Source: Tubiluchus corallicola (Eukaryota; Animalia; Priapulida). Taken from it: a stretch of DNA of 64,000 nucleotides. This document shows positions 24,401-36,378 of this stretch, piece after piece. The DNA lies in the NCBI GenBank assembly GCA_030141605.1, contig JAQGDQ010000576.1, positions 72,985-136,984 of the forward strand, in the 5' to 3' direction. The position numbers were made by a program, and so were the translations under genes. The notes beneath the pieces were generated by a model. That model was not told the origin of the DNA, ran no database searches, and saw only the letters and a program-made list of their open reading frames with translations. Each line of letters opens with the position of its first letter. Position 1 is the stretch's first letter.

Positions 24401-27400
24401 GCGATGACTGTTAGCAGCAGCCATTTTCACGACAGGTCATTTGAAACCAGTTTAGATAACATTTTGTAACAGCACACAAGCCACTAACTAAATAAAATTT
24501 AAAATTACTGTATCTTGTCAATAAGATTAAAATACGTTTTTTTGTTAGTGAGTGGTGGGTGAGTCAGCGACATTTTAGCAATTGGTGAAAACATTTTAAA
24601 TAATTAATAATTTTCTTTTCTAGTTACATAAGTCTTTCTAGTAGGTAAGCGAAAATCTAAGTAATATACAGAGTCTTTTGAGACATAACTTAACATTGCC
24701 TTTTCTTCCCTTGATTTACGTTTGGTACATGACGTCATGTAATGGCGTCTTCGGAACAGTATTGCGGGAGATTTAAAATGAAAAGAAACTAAAATTCCTT
24801 TCAGTGCGAGTACGATATGTGCATAAAATTGCTGTAAAGTAACATAATTTTTCAAGGCGATTTTTCTGAAACCTACTTCAGGTACCTCTTTTCTTGTCCT
24901 TTAAACTTTAAAAAATAGTCACAACATTCTCTGCTAACTAAACGAATGCCTAAATCACTGCATTTTGCCTATATTTAAAATTGCTTTGCATTTTCTTTTC
25001 CAGTTGCAAAAGTCTTTCGAATAGGTAAGCATAGTGCTAAGTAATATAACATTGTATGACAAGTTCTTTGTGACATACTTTAAAATTACATTTTCAAATT
25101 AAACTTTAAAATTCCACAGCAAATAAATTTACAAAACTTGAAGCAATTTGCTGACACAGAATTCTTAGCTTGCATTTTTACATCCAACTTGCAAAACGTT
25201 CATCAGCCAAGGTTGCCCATTCTGTGAACTAGCCTTTATTCTACACGTTCACATGTGCGACATTTAAAAATGCTTAAATAAGTCATAAGTCATTTATTTC
25301 ACCTTACACATTTACAATAGTTTCATGTACAATATCTAGTGAAAGGGCCTACAATGGATATAATACAAATAAGAAATACTGCACAGGAAAAGCCTCAAAC
25401 ACTGTTCACTTATACACGAAGGTAAATGTGTTGCGGGCAATCAAAAAGCAGGGCTTGTTAGATTGTCCCACACAGTGATAGAAAAAAAAGTAATGGAGAT
25501 AATCTGAAAATTTAAAGTGAATCGTGATAAAAAAAACATTAGTGCTTAAAATGGAATGATGTAATGAATGAAGCTCATATATGGGATGATATAAAAGATA
25601 GAAAGACTATTATTTGTTAATAGTATGTAAAATTAAGATAACTTGATTAAGCTAACACCAAGTGTTTTGCAAATACTGTGAGGATGGATACTGATAGAAA
25701 TTTTGATTCCTCACTGATACTTACTTAAAATTTGATTTTTTTTAGCATTTTTTTAAATCTAGTAATAGATCTGCTATTTTTTGCGGATTGACAAATCTCA
25801 TTCCAGACTTTTGGCCTTGATACATTATAAAATTTAGTTTTAGATAAAAAAATTAGTTTGTTCTGCATTACTGTATATGAGTTTGTGTTCCATTGCAGTT
25901 CCTAACTATTATCACGTCTGGTGATGCATCTTCTGCGAGGTTTGCTGTGATAACGTTTTCAACGGCAGGTGCAACACCCAATGTAATCTGTCCAGTGTTT
26001 TTAGCTTGCGACAAGTCATCGGAATGTGGTATTGCGGAATGAGTATCTGGTAAAAAAATATAAGCATTATGTACTACAATCAATGTCTCCCATATTCTAA
26101 CAAAATATTGTAGTGTTTTATACGTCATTTCTATTGAAAAAAAATAAAAAGGCCATTTTACAAATTTGCATTCAATTCTGTAGTTCTAGACTTTACTAAA
26201 CACAAACATTAAGTAAACCTAATTTGGTAATTTTACTAATTTATACTATGTAACACGTTCTATCGAATTATAAGATTGTCATTAATTAAACTAAAATGTT
26301 CAAAGTGATCAGTTCAATCAAAATAATATAAAATGATGTATTTACTTACATCGTACATCTCCATAAAGCAAATCTAGTATTTACCAACATATCTGACAAA
26401 TTATCGCTATCATACTGTGAAAAACTATTTTAAAGAAGCCTGTTAACGTCTACCAACTAACTCACTTGTCCAGGTAGAAACAGATCTGCACAGGTGAATC
26501 ACCGTGGTCACGTGACCAACGAGATACTTAGCAAAATTCCCTACACATTATTATAGCTAGAAATGCAACACTGTAAAGTTTTTCTGTAGCTCATCTGTTT
26601 TTCCTTCTTTTTCTGATCATTCGTGTTATTTCCATTTACTTTCTTGATTCTCTTTCTTCTTCTGTCATTCCTTTCCTTCTCCCTTCTCCCTTTTGTTTTC
26701 CCAGTTTCCCCAACAATTTCTGTTGTTCTTCCTCTTTTTTCTCTATTTGGCACAACCACATGCTCCTTCATCTGTTCAGACCTACCAACCTCATGCAACT
26801 GCCCAGCAGGGCCGGAACTAGATGTGGCAAGCAGGGGGGGTGCAAAAATTTTCTGGGAGGGGGCGAGGTATCCGAAGTGGTTAAATAATGGTTAAGCCAA
26901 TTTTTAACCCCTTTTATACTGCATGCAGGCCTATAATTAGCATGTGTGTAGGACGGCGTAGCGGACAGAGCAATAGTGAGAAAATTAACTCTCAGTTAAC
27001 CTAACGTTATTAATGTGCCTCTAACTAAATTGTTATTTACAGAAATTTATCACACACAAGTTTTAAGAAAATAATACACTGAAGCTACCAAACATTTTTT
27101 TACCTAATTCTAATTCGTACTGAAAATGATTACATGCGAACTGCAATTTTCACTGCAAAAAAAATTATTTGTCCGATTTTGCAGGGGGGGCGCCCCCTTG
27201 CTCCCCTCTAGTTCCGCCCCTGCTGCCCAGCTTGCTGTCATTCCCTTTTCGACATCTCTTTCTTGTGTGCTTAAGAGGTTCCTCGCTGTCTTACCCGTCA
27301 CTCCTTCTTCTTTCACCTTTTTTGCTCATTTTTTATCTGCTAACTTACGTGTGGTATTTCTACCATCTCGCACCATCAGCTCTTTCAAAACAACCGACAC

Positions 27401-30400
27401 GATGGGTACCATCAGCGTTGTGGTCACCATGTTACAAATCCACATGGCCACAAAGAAAGTCACAGCCATAAACCCGAGCATTAACCTACAAAATAAAGCA
27501 GCAATTGAAACAAATGAAGCCAAGTTTATGGAATAGACTAAGCTGCAATTCAAAATGTAGTCACTCCCTTTCAACTTTTAAAAAAACCGTCAGAAAAGAA
27601 ATATTTCAAAAGTATTGAGAGTAACACAATTTGATAATGCTAATCACCTGCATTCTTTTTCCACAGTAATCTTAATATAACGTGACTATGCTCAACAGGT
27701 TACTGAACGCTTTATAATCATGATCACAGTTTTTCTTAGTTCTTGCTCCATTTCATCTTTCATTCACTACTCCCCCCGCCCCACTTTTATGTATATATTA
27801 TCGTTATTTCATTATTTCAATAATTAATCATTTTTTTAAGATTTCTATGTACAGTTTGGCCTGTCAAGCTATGCTTTTAGGCTCAAACTGTATGCATCAA
27901 AATTACTCTGTAATGTAATTTGCACATGTATATGCTGCATTTTGTAATTTCTGGATAATACTGCATTTATATTTATATTTACCTTAGTGAAATTATCTGT
28001 ATTTTTATTATAATTGTTAGATGCAGAGTGGAAATAAATAAACTTATAGCTTATAAGTTATAAGTGCTCATAATTGTTCGACATCAATAATTAAAAATCA
28101 AATAACTTCAATGATTTACCGTGCTCAATGCAGAGGTTCTAAATGCATGGAAAGGTGGAGACTAAACATCGACACAAAAATTAGGTGCCAAAAATGAGTT
28201 GAAAATCATACCATTGTAGCTGCGATCCCACAAGCATCAAGACTCCCAGAGCTAGTCGTTTGTGCAAGTTACAGTGCTGAACAGCAACAGATAAGGTCAA
28301 ACCTCCTATGAATAAGATTTGCGTATCCTGTACAGAAAAACAGCCATCATATATCGTTCAAACTTTTTGTATAATTTAGATATTATTTTAAAGCTTTTGT
28401 GGAAGTTGGAATTGTACATTTTAATTAGGTGCTGCCATCTATGGTCTAATCCTCTTACGTTCTACCAGCTGACTTACCCCTAGTATAATTGTATGGTCCA
28501 GTGAATGCATATTCACAGGTCCTCTCCCTATTTTAAAGTAATGGCTGTTGTGAAGCCTGTGCAAGTCTGCATAGGTCATCTATACCTATATATACTGACT
28601 GGTTTTACTTTATAGTCACTCTCTAACTCTCAGTGTTCATTGCAGGAGTCTCTCTCACTCTCATTCTCAGTGTTCAGTGCAGCAGTCATGCTACTCATGT
28701 GTCTGTAGTTTTAATAAACACTTTTCTGTTGTGTGCAGTGCAAATATGTATTATAGATTTTTTATTCTTGTTCATACTTCTGTGCCTAAACTCAATCATA
28801 ACAAAGTGAGTGATCTACAACTTCAAACAGGTTCATCTTATTCAGATCCTAGCTGGATTCAAATGTAATATGTTTGGAAATTCCTCGGTTTTCAAACAGA
28901 CTCAAGATTATGATATTCAGTAAAATATAACCAGATAAATGCAAGCTTTTTGCCACAGGGATTACCAACTGAAGTCCATGTTACTATTAATGATGTCTGA
29001 TGTAATAATGTCCATGTTGATAATGCAATAATAATGCGATTTTCTTATGACCATTACACAGCGATAACTAAATAAAATGAACTCTAGTTGAAACAATTAG
29101 CAAAAGTTGCCTGTTATCCACCAGCTTTGTTTTGGTGGCTATCACAGGTAACCATGGTAACAGAAGTTATCATATTAAATGCAGTTAGAAAGCCTATTTC
29201 CCATGAAATTTTCTATGTAACGATACAATTTTTTTAAAAGAGCATTTCTCATGAGCAGAACAGATAACTAGAAACCGAAACGACAAATGGCAGTTTTTAC
29301 GAGGGCTATGGAGTCGGAGTCGTTGAGTTGAAGTCGGCAGTGGATTTATTGCTAAAGGAGTTGCAGCCAGAGTTGGGACTAGGGAGTACACTTATTGTTA
29401 GAGGAATCGGAGTAAAAGTCGGCTTTGGAATCCACTTATTGTTAGAGCAGTGGTTCCCAAAGTAGGGGTAAATTACCCCCCCCCCCCCCCCCGGGTAATA
29501 TGGTTTTTTTGGGGGGTAACGGGCGCGCCTCTGAAAATTTTTAAAACTTCGCTCGGAATGCATTTTACGTTGTTTTCTTCTTGAAGAGACTGCCTCCGGC
29601 AGGCAATACAACAACAACACCTGGAAATTTATTTATGTCACGAGCAAACATAAATAATTTTGCTTGCTTGTGGCATATACGTGTGTTTACTTTTTGAGTT
29701 GGAGAAGTAGTACTAGGTGGGGGTAATGGACACCACCGGGTTTCCCGATTTGGGTAACGGTCCGAGAAAGTTTGGGAACCACTGTGTTAGAGGAATTGGA
29801 GTAAAAGTCGCTAAAAAATAGACAAACTCAAACACCAGGTACTTTTAACTTTTAACACATTTATAACGTCCCATTTTGGGGCGCTTTCATATTGGTGTCT
29901 ATGCAGCTAGACTGTTTTTCGAGCATAAGAAGTAGGGATGAAATGCCATTGTCATTAAATATTGAGAGTATTACAAACTGTTACTTAAAGACAGGAGTCA
30001 GAGTTGGTGTCAGGAGTTGAGTCTTCTAAAATTCTAGGAGTCCAAGTCTAGCCAGAGTCAGGAATTTAATGTACCGACTCCATAGCCCTGGTTTTTACTA
30101 GCAAAGAAATTTTACGGTCAAAATTGAGACAACGATTACATGTGATGAGCTTTTCATGTTGGTTGTGAAAAGACAGAAACCATGCAACATGTTAACCTCT
30201 CGTCTGCACGCTCATTTGTTGTTATTCATTAATACTGTTTAAGTGTGCGTTAGATTGGATGCACACTAACACCGAACATGACGAAAGTCAAAGCGAAATG
30301 AATGTTTGTAATGAATGTTCGTTCAAATTTTCAGATTCGACTGCTAGGCCCTATTCAACCGTACCTTACCTTTATATATGCCTGTGCCACTTCTGATGCG

Positions 30401-32373
30401 CTCATAATTCCAAGCATGGGAAACAACACCAGAGGCATTAAAGCAGTGACAGCTAGAGGATAAACCTCCACAATCCAGTAAATGGCCATCCATATCAAAA
30501 CGTAAGCACATCGGGCAGCCTGTAACAGACATTTGGCAAGCTAAGTTTCACAAAAAGCTTTAGCAGTTACCTGCAATATAATTCTATCTCAAAAACTGAT
30601 CATTATGCAGCTGTATTACTTGGTTAAATTCCTTTCCAGGTTTTAGCCGTAAAGAGGAAAAGGCACGTCATAAAAATGAACATATGCTAACCAATGGTCC
30701 CTGTCACGCAGATAATCCATTTGCCATCTTTCACCTACAGCAGTTTGCCTACCACAGGCCGTCAGCCCATAATCTGTAGTAGGCTCCTCATAAGCCATTT
30801 AGGTTCATAAGGTGCCTTAATGCGAAGTGAATTTGGCCATTAATTCCATTTGCTATAAGGCGTTTTTGTTTATTGCTAACTCGAAAATTAGTGTGCTTAA
30901 GCTGCTTTCTATACAAAATTCATTTACATCATAATAATTCATAACACCGATGTACTGTTAAGTATAAACTAAAAAGTATTTTAACCCACAATACAGTCAA
31001 CCCTCGATAAAGCGGACTAATGGGGGGGGTCCGGTTTAGCCGATTGTCCGATTTATCCGATATGCCTATATATGGTCATTATTATACAGGAATAATCACC
31101 TTAATAAGGCCTATATACTGTTCACTATATACTATACTGTATATTACTTTAAAATAGTTAACCTGTGAGGATAAAGAAATTATTGTACAGTTGGTAGGCC
31201 GTGTTGTGTTTAGCGCTCAGGCTCGGATGGAAATCGGTCAGTTTCCTTTACCACGGATGACGTCCGTCTTATCCGATATCCGGGTTAACGGGGTCCGGTT
31301 TAACGAGGGTCGACTGCACTTATTTACGACTACTGTATTACTACGATACACACAGTAACTGTACACTACATGCAGGAGGGAGCATATCAGTCAATCATGT
31401 TATACAATGTATGTGATTGACAATCTGTTATTCTGCAATGAAGAAATCTGTTTCTTTGTAATGAGTAAAGTTACATCAACTATTAAACTATAGTATCTAT
31501 TACATTAAATTATAGTAGTTTCGTGCCACCAAAAAGAGATAATGGCAAAATAGGCCTTGCTAGTGACACAGAGTAAATCGCATACTGCCGATTACGACAT
31601 GCGCCTTATGGAAGACACCTTGTGACTTACAGGATACGGCTTGCTCCTTACGTCTTTCTCTGCGTGACATGAGGCTAAAAGAAACTGTAAACTGAAACAA
31701 CAACAATAAGCCTTTCCACAATTTTCTCGTGCACGTGCGTAGTTGCTGTAAGTCAAAGGTTTTAAGTTAATCACAGCAACGCATATTAACTACAACAGTC
31801 ATATTAACTACAACAGTAAAACAAAGCCATCTGCCACATCAGTTCGGTAACTTCAGTTGTTTTATGTGACCTTTACTTAACTATGCATTAGTCTGCCTGT
31901 AGAGTGGAAAAAATGAACTAGGTAAGGTTCTGTGACTAGCATTCGCCCCTTTTCTTAATTACTTTTACAACAGCATGGGGTGCGAGGCGTTGTCACGTGT
32001 ACAAAAAATGCACTGTCTGGCTCACTTAACCTTTGATCTTTTCATTATCATCATCAATCACTGGAACTGTGAAAAGGCTTATTTAATCTAATTATAATTT
32101 GGTTCTGTTGATTCCTGTAAAAAAACTTCTACAGCCTGTACAATGCCTGGCCTGGGCTGTTCTGGTGTTTAAGTTTTGCGAGACATGTGACGCATATTTG
32201 CACTTGTCAATACATAAATGTACGCATTCACTGACTAATGAAGTGAAAAGTACCGGTGATTGCCACACTAATGGCAAGAAGAGTAGACCAACAGGTGTTC
32301 CGAAAGCTGCAACAGAAACTCGATGTGTCCAAAGCCCCGAGAGTATTCTTTTCATGGATATTGTTGGCGGCAT
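6656..32373 (-). CDS. SLC13: SLC13 family Na+/anion cotransporter, paralog A (15 exons, 644 aa; divergent substrate motifs)
   Basis: Exons (minus): 32373-32254, 30519-30370, 28327-28212, 27485-27349, 26046-25872, 22235-22100, 19298-19174, 18360-18247, 17250-17155, 14932-14828, 14358-14258, 13106-12988, 11749-11588, 8762-8625, 6796-6656. All introns are GT-AG, phases are consistent, total 1935 nt with no internal stop. Family motifs: [78 protein letters not shown]. Confidence 0.93.
7150..7575 (+). mobile_element. 5'-truncated RTE-clade LINE fragment
   Basis: Frameshifted ORF2 C-terminus ([38 protein letters not shown]), (GAA)n tail, TSD aagaggcgtta. Confidence 0.85.
7885..8520. mobile_element. 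TTAA|AGG-ended (Kolobok-like) element fragment
   Basis: Starts ttaaaggacaagaaaag; an inverted homolog at ~24180-24904 ends cttttcttgtcctttaa. Confidence 0.6.
8881..9170 (+). repeat. 96-bp tandem repeat x3 (each unit ends in the 5' part of the tRNA-like cassette)
   Basis: Units start at ~8881, 8977 and 9073; same array at 38431-38715. Confidence 0.85.
10259..10703 (+). mobile_element. piggyBac-like non-autonomous element (partial)
   Basis: Starts TTAA|CCCTTTCATACCCG; homologous to 35640-36022. Confidence 0.75.
10841..11233 (+). mobile_element. Solo LTR, family L1 (my label)
   Basis: TGTGGAAG...CTTTCACA ends, TSD atatg, internal TATATATA and AATAAA. Confidence 0.85.
11800..12473. repeat. Compound CA/CATA microsatellite with higher-order unit
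   Basis: Recurring acacgctataccaacatacatac..atatgcagacatac blocks, ending in (CA)n. Confidence 0.95.
13486..14052. repeat. 60-bp minisatellite with 240-bp higher-order repeat
   Basis: 13501-13740 is nearly identical to 13741-13980; most units carry TGACTCA and TGAGTCA. Confidence 0.95.
15052..15733 (+). mobile_element. 5S rRNA-derived SINE copy with a 141-bp internal duplication
   Basis: 5S head ~15052-15167 and the same body. The segment starting cactgactc is repeated at 15328 and 15469. Confidence 0.87.
16620..17059 (+). mobile_element. Solo LTR, family L1 (diverged variant)
   Basis: TG..CA ends, TSD agtgc. Confidence 0.85.
17586..17773 (-). mobile_element. Short LINE 3'-end insertion nested in a MITE
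   Basis: Flanked by aagtt, absent at the homologous position ~46706 in paralog B, and similar to 3850-3995. Confidence 0.65.
18636..19004. mobile_element. Tc1/mariner-pogo-type MITE
   Basis: TA|CAGTTGACCCTC...GAGGGTTGACTG|TA; an inverted copy lies at 30994-31316. Confidence 0.85.
20295..20759 (+). mobile_element. pogo/Tigger-type deletion derivative with transposase C-terminal remnant
   Basis: TA-flanked TIRs ccgtattttcccatgtataagagacc; internal frame [41 protein letters not shown]..acidic tail. Confidence 0.9.
21087..21362 (+). mobile_element. Solo LTR of a second, unrelated family
   Basis: TGTAG...TTACA ends, 5-bp TSD ccatc, AATAAA at ~21310. Confidence 0.65.
21436..22026. repeat. ~55-70-bp minisatellite with GGGCGGGGC and TTACGTCA motifs
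   Basis: About nine units of gagcgagtgtttgtgagaacgtgtgttacgtc..aaggtgggcggggct. Confidence 0.93.
22263..22800 (-). mobile_element. LINE 3' end with expanded (TATGTC)n tail
   Basis: (GACATA)n at 22263-22631 abuts ttttattt. Stem-loop gagaaagggtagc..gctacccttctc is also seen at ~2750-2810. Confidence 0.6.
23444..24039. mobile_element. Foldback-like DNA element with inverted subterminal repeat arrays
   Basis: tata|ggttttgcatgtcaaatgtaga..tctacatttgacgtgtaaaacc|tata; ~40-bp units; other copies at 43375-43918 and 41656-41950 (left arm). Confidence 0.75.
25279..25866 (-). mobile_element. CR1-group LINE 3' fragment
   Basis: Degenerate ORF2 end ([16 protein letters not shown]), 3' UTR nearly identical to 40126-40520, (TGACTTA)n tail. 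Confidence 0.72.
26807..27222. mobile_element. hAT-type MITE
   Basis: CAGGGCCGGAACTAG..CTAGTTCCGCCCCTG, 8-bp TSD ctgcccag. Confidence 0.88.
28398..28829 (+). mobile_element. Solo LTR, family L1, 3'-truncated
   Basis: Starts tgtggaagttgg; lacks the terminal tgactttcaca. Confidence 0.8.
29301..30090. mobile_element. hAT-type MITE carrying a nested hAT MITE
   Basis: agggctatggagtcgg..ccgactccatagccctg, 8-bp TSD gtttttac. Confidence 0.85.
29448..29784. mobile_element. hAT (Charlie-like) MITE
   Basis: CAGTGGTTCCCAAA..TTTGGGAACCACTG, 8-bp TSD tgttagag. Confidence 0.9.
30994..31316. mobile_element. Tc1/mariner-pogo-type MITE (second copy)
   Basis: cagtcaaccctcg...cgagggtcgactg; reverse complement of 18636-19004. 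Confidence 0.85.
31709..32081. mobile_element. MITE with aagcctttycaca..tgtgaaaaggctt TIRs
   Basis: Related diverged copies at ~6293-6640 and ~53926-54315, and inverted at ~4284-4590. Confidence 0.6.
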
Positions 32374-35300
32374 CCCGCTGCCTTTGAACTCTTTAAAGCA
32401 TCAACTCATTTTCAACATCATCAGAATCTGTCACTTGAACTAAACACTTCTGTTCCTGCTGTATTGAAAACATGATGCATTTAATTTACGTACAAGATGC
32501 AGACTAAATTGTAATGTACAAACGCCATTGCAAACCAATGCAATTTATCCACTGTTTAGATAAAACTGTTTGATTTTGTGATTTATTTGTTTTAATATCT
32601 TCGTTATATAATGATATAGATGGCTCTTACACAGGTATGCAAATAATAATGACAGATTGTAACTGTGCCTCACTGTCTAGTTTATGTTTGATTGTACAAA
32701 GTGCACTAGACTGACTGCATGTTTGTTCTATTCATAACGTCTTTACAAAAAGCTGAACAGGCATCATAATCAGCCTTACATTTGCACAGTATTGTAACAT
32801 CTAATTCTTTTCATTTTTGTTTACAACGAAATGGCTAAGAGCCATCAATTAGCACTTTCACTTGACCGGGACAAACCTGCTTTTACAATGCTATAGTTGC
32901 AATTGTTTTAATCTTGAATTCTCCCATCCCACCCGCCGGAACGGGGAAGTTTATAATATTTTTGCCATGGCTGGGTTGTCAATAGGTGAAACTCACCATA
33001 ATTCGCCTCATTGAGCTGGCTCCAATTCTCCCACTAGACCCACCACCATCCCGCATCCTTCGTTCTTTTGCCTGATATCACTCAAAAGTTGTCGTCCATC
33101 ACCCAACATCTTCATTTTGCAGGAAAAAACCCTCCTTCACAGTTGGCAAATTATGTTTGAATCGTGGATCTGCCCATCCTAATTGTTGGTCAATTATTTT
33201 TGTGAATTAGGTGACAGGTCACTGGATTATTCCCCATAATGAGGTCAGATCTTCCTACCATGCCTGCCATTGCTTCACAGCTAATTAATAGGCCTGTTTA
33301 CACCTATTTATGGATTTGCGCTCAGAATGACCTTTTACCATGATTATCATCTTTTCCCAAAGTTACCACATGCACAAAATCTGAAGGCTATTTCAACTGG
33401 TTCAGGTATAACTGGTATGAACTCAAAGAGTGGGTAGACGACGAAGACAGACAGATTTGAATTTGAGATTTTTTTCTGTGCTATTTTTAACGCACCATTT
33501 TTTCCGGTGCCATTTTTACCTACTCTTCCATTTGTGACATTATTTCCAGCGCCACTTTTACCATGCATTTTTTGTGCCATTATTACCCCTGCCATTTTTA
33601 CCTTCATACATCTAGGACATGTCGCTAAAACTAGTGTATTTTCAATGTTCAAACACTAGTCCTTTGCATACTTGCTTAATCGTGTATTTGCTTTATATAT
33701 TTATTGCTTGTTGCCTATTACTTATTATACATCTTCTTTTGTTTTTATTTTTGAAATTAGTGTATTTGCTGAATCGGACAAAATTTGTTAAACATGTAAA
33801 TTTTTGTATTTCTAGATATTATTATTTGTATAATTTCCTCACTTTTTGATAATTTGTATTACTTTTTTTAAAGATGAATAATTGATTTGGATTTGCTATT
33901 TCCTTTACACATGTATATTTTTGTATTTCTGCATATTCATGTATTTTTCTAATTTTTTTTCAAATTTGCCTGTCATTGGCGTCATAATGAGAAGAGTGGT
34001 TGACTCGTTAACCAGTCGCTTTTCACCACCTTTTCTCTTACGTCCTTCTGTATATTAAGTATATATTATTGGGTATTCAATGTAAAGTTAGTAAAGCCAA
34101 GGAGACAAGAAAAATAATATTTACTCGTGATCAACAGAATTAAATTGCAGCAAGACCAATAAACAATTCCAAATATCTAAACAAGAACTTAATTTAAATT
34201 TAAACTACAAACTATCCCTTAGCACAACAAGGAAAAACAAAATATGTCAGAAATGTTGAGTACGTATCATTGAAAACACGTTAGCAAGGAGACAGCCATG
34301 CTGCCGATATCCCACCACCTCAAGAGGCACCGGCCAGTTGCTAATGTTAGCGGATCACTGACAAAGACTCCAGCCCTCTCATTTCTCGAGGATGATGCAA
34401 AATTATAGCCTCTTACTAACTACTATACATGTGCGAAGAGACGAAAACAAAAAAATAACAATACAAAACAATTTGCATTAAGTTTTAACTTTCAGCAAGT
34501 TTAATAAAGTGGACGGGTTAAAAACTATAAAATTAATAGCATATGTGCTAATAAGCCCATCTCTAGATTACGAATTACGTCAAAGTATTGCTGTAACATC
34601 AATAGTAAATTTATCATATCGTTGTACCTTGTAGACTGGTAAAGCCTGTAATCTTGCTTCTCGAGGAATATGGTCGGAGCAGATCGAATTGTATAATTTG
34701 AAAATACACCAAACTTCAGGTGAATAGTACATTCGCCTGAGTACGTTGCCGTTGTGTATGTTCGCGCCATTTCAAGAAACAGCATAGAACGTAAGAAGGC
34801 TCAAAAACATTGTGTGATATCTGCAAGATGTGTTGGGGATATTAGCTAAATTCCATCAATAAATTCTCTGAATTCAGATTCCGAATTTAAAATATTTTTC
34901 CGAGATGACAGACCGTTGAAGGTGCCCATGGCTTCCACTAAATACTGGAGGCACAGTAGTTTCTCTAATGATTTAGGTGTTACTATAACTATGAAGTAAT
35001 AAAATGTTCTGTCCCATTAATCCTTGTTTTCGAATCACCTAATGTGCAACCTGCTGGGAGATCAGAGTTTCACATACACAAACGTAATAAGCAAATAAGT
35101 TGCATTGAAATTGTATGAAAAGTAATCATGCCCTCACAACATGCTTATGATGATAAGGAGTTTTTTGTTATTCGTTTTCCTGTGAATCTTACAAACACTC
35201 AAAGTTCCTTTAATAGTTATGTTAAACGAAAGAGTATGTTAAAATCACTACTAATTTATTATTGATAGTTGCATTGGTCTTTATTCAGCTCATAATATCT

Positions 35301-35639
35301 GAAATTATTTCTCATCTTCTGCACTCACACAGGTATATATTTCAACAATTTGATTTATCACTCTCAACGTTTCCCCGTTTTTTACTCTGTAGTGTTTCCA
35401 GCTGTCAATAATTTCCCGAGGTTGCTGACATCCTCCTATCAATCCTGGAAATTATCACTAAGAATAATTCTGAAGAAGATGCAAAGTTTGCAACACAATG
35501 AAGCAGTAAGATAGCAAGGTTTCATCAATGAATGATACATTATAAAATTTGGAAAAGCTTCTACAAAATTATAGCTTTCTGCCTCTTAATGCTTCTGGCA
35601 TAATTTTATGAGTTCACTAAACTACTGTGACTCGGTTAA

Positions 35640-36022
35640 CCCTTTCATACCCGTTATATCCCGTGGGATACGAGAATATTTTCTGCCTTTAAAACTAATA
35701 AAATTTAAAACTGACAGTTATTTGATCTGTTAATAGTTATTTTGATTTAAGCCAATAACAAAAGACTAAAAATGGTGATAAAATGGCAAACTAGAAAATC
35801 TACATACCATAAAGAACTGCTCAAGGTACAGTACTTTAGAGACGACTTTGTACAGATCAGCATAGCATGCATATTAAATGTCTTAAATACTTTAAAAATG
35901 ATCAGCAGTTGCAAAATGAAGCACATTTTATGCTTCCATTGAATCCCAATGTATCCCGTGTTATACAGGCTATATTTAGCACGCGGGCACAGGTAGAAAA
36001 AAATAATTTGGGACTGAAAGGG
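35640..36022. mobile_element. piggyBac-like non-autonomous element
   Basis: TTAA|CCCTTTCA...TGAAAGGG|TCAA; related copies at 10259-~10703 and 50789-~51130 (inverted). Confidence 0.8.
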
Positions 36023-36378
36023 TCAATTTGTACTAACATCTCCGGGAGAGTGTAGCAGACCCAGCTTGCCCTGGCACAACACTTTTCAAAGGCAGCGTTG
36101 TTTTGGTATCTCAAGTACCTTATTGTCCATTTCATACTCTACACCCTTACAGGTTCGATAGTTTATTGAAGTAATAGTCATAATAATGTATAAATTCAGT
36201 TATGCATGAAACTATTTTTCTATTTGTAGTATTTTAACGATGTGACATTTTCTCAAGTTTACAAAAATTATATCCTGAAAGGTTAATGTCATATCCAGTT
36301 CTTGTCCACTAATCCGATGTTGCCCAAATGTTGTTGCCTCCACACTATTCTTGATATACAGGTATTACAACGATAAAA

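Noticed and set aside
6656-32373. Paralog A as a pseudogene or assembly duplicate
   Set aside because: All 15 exons are in frame with canonical splice sites, and most exons and introns are far too diverged from B to be an allelic duplicate.
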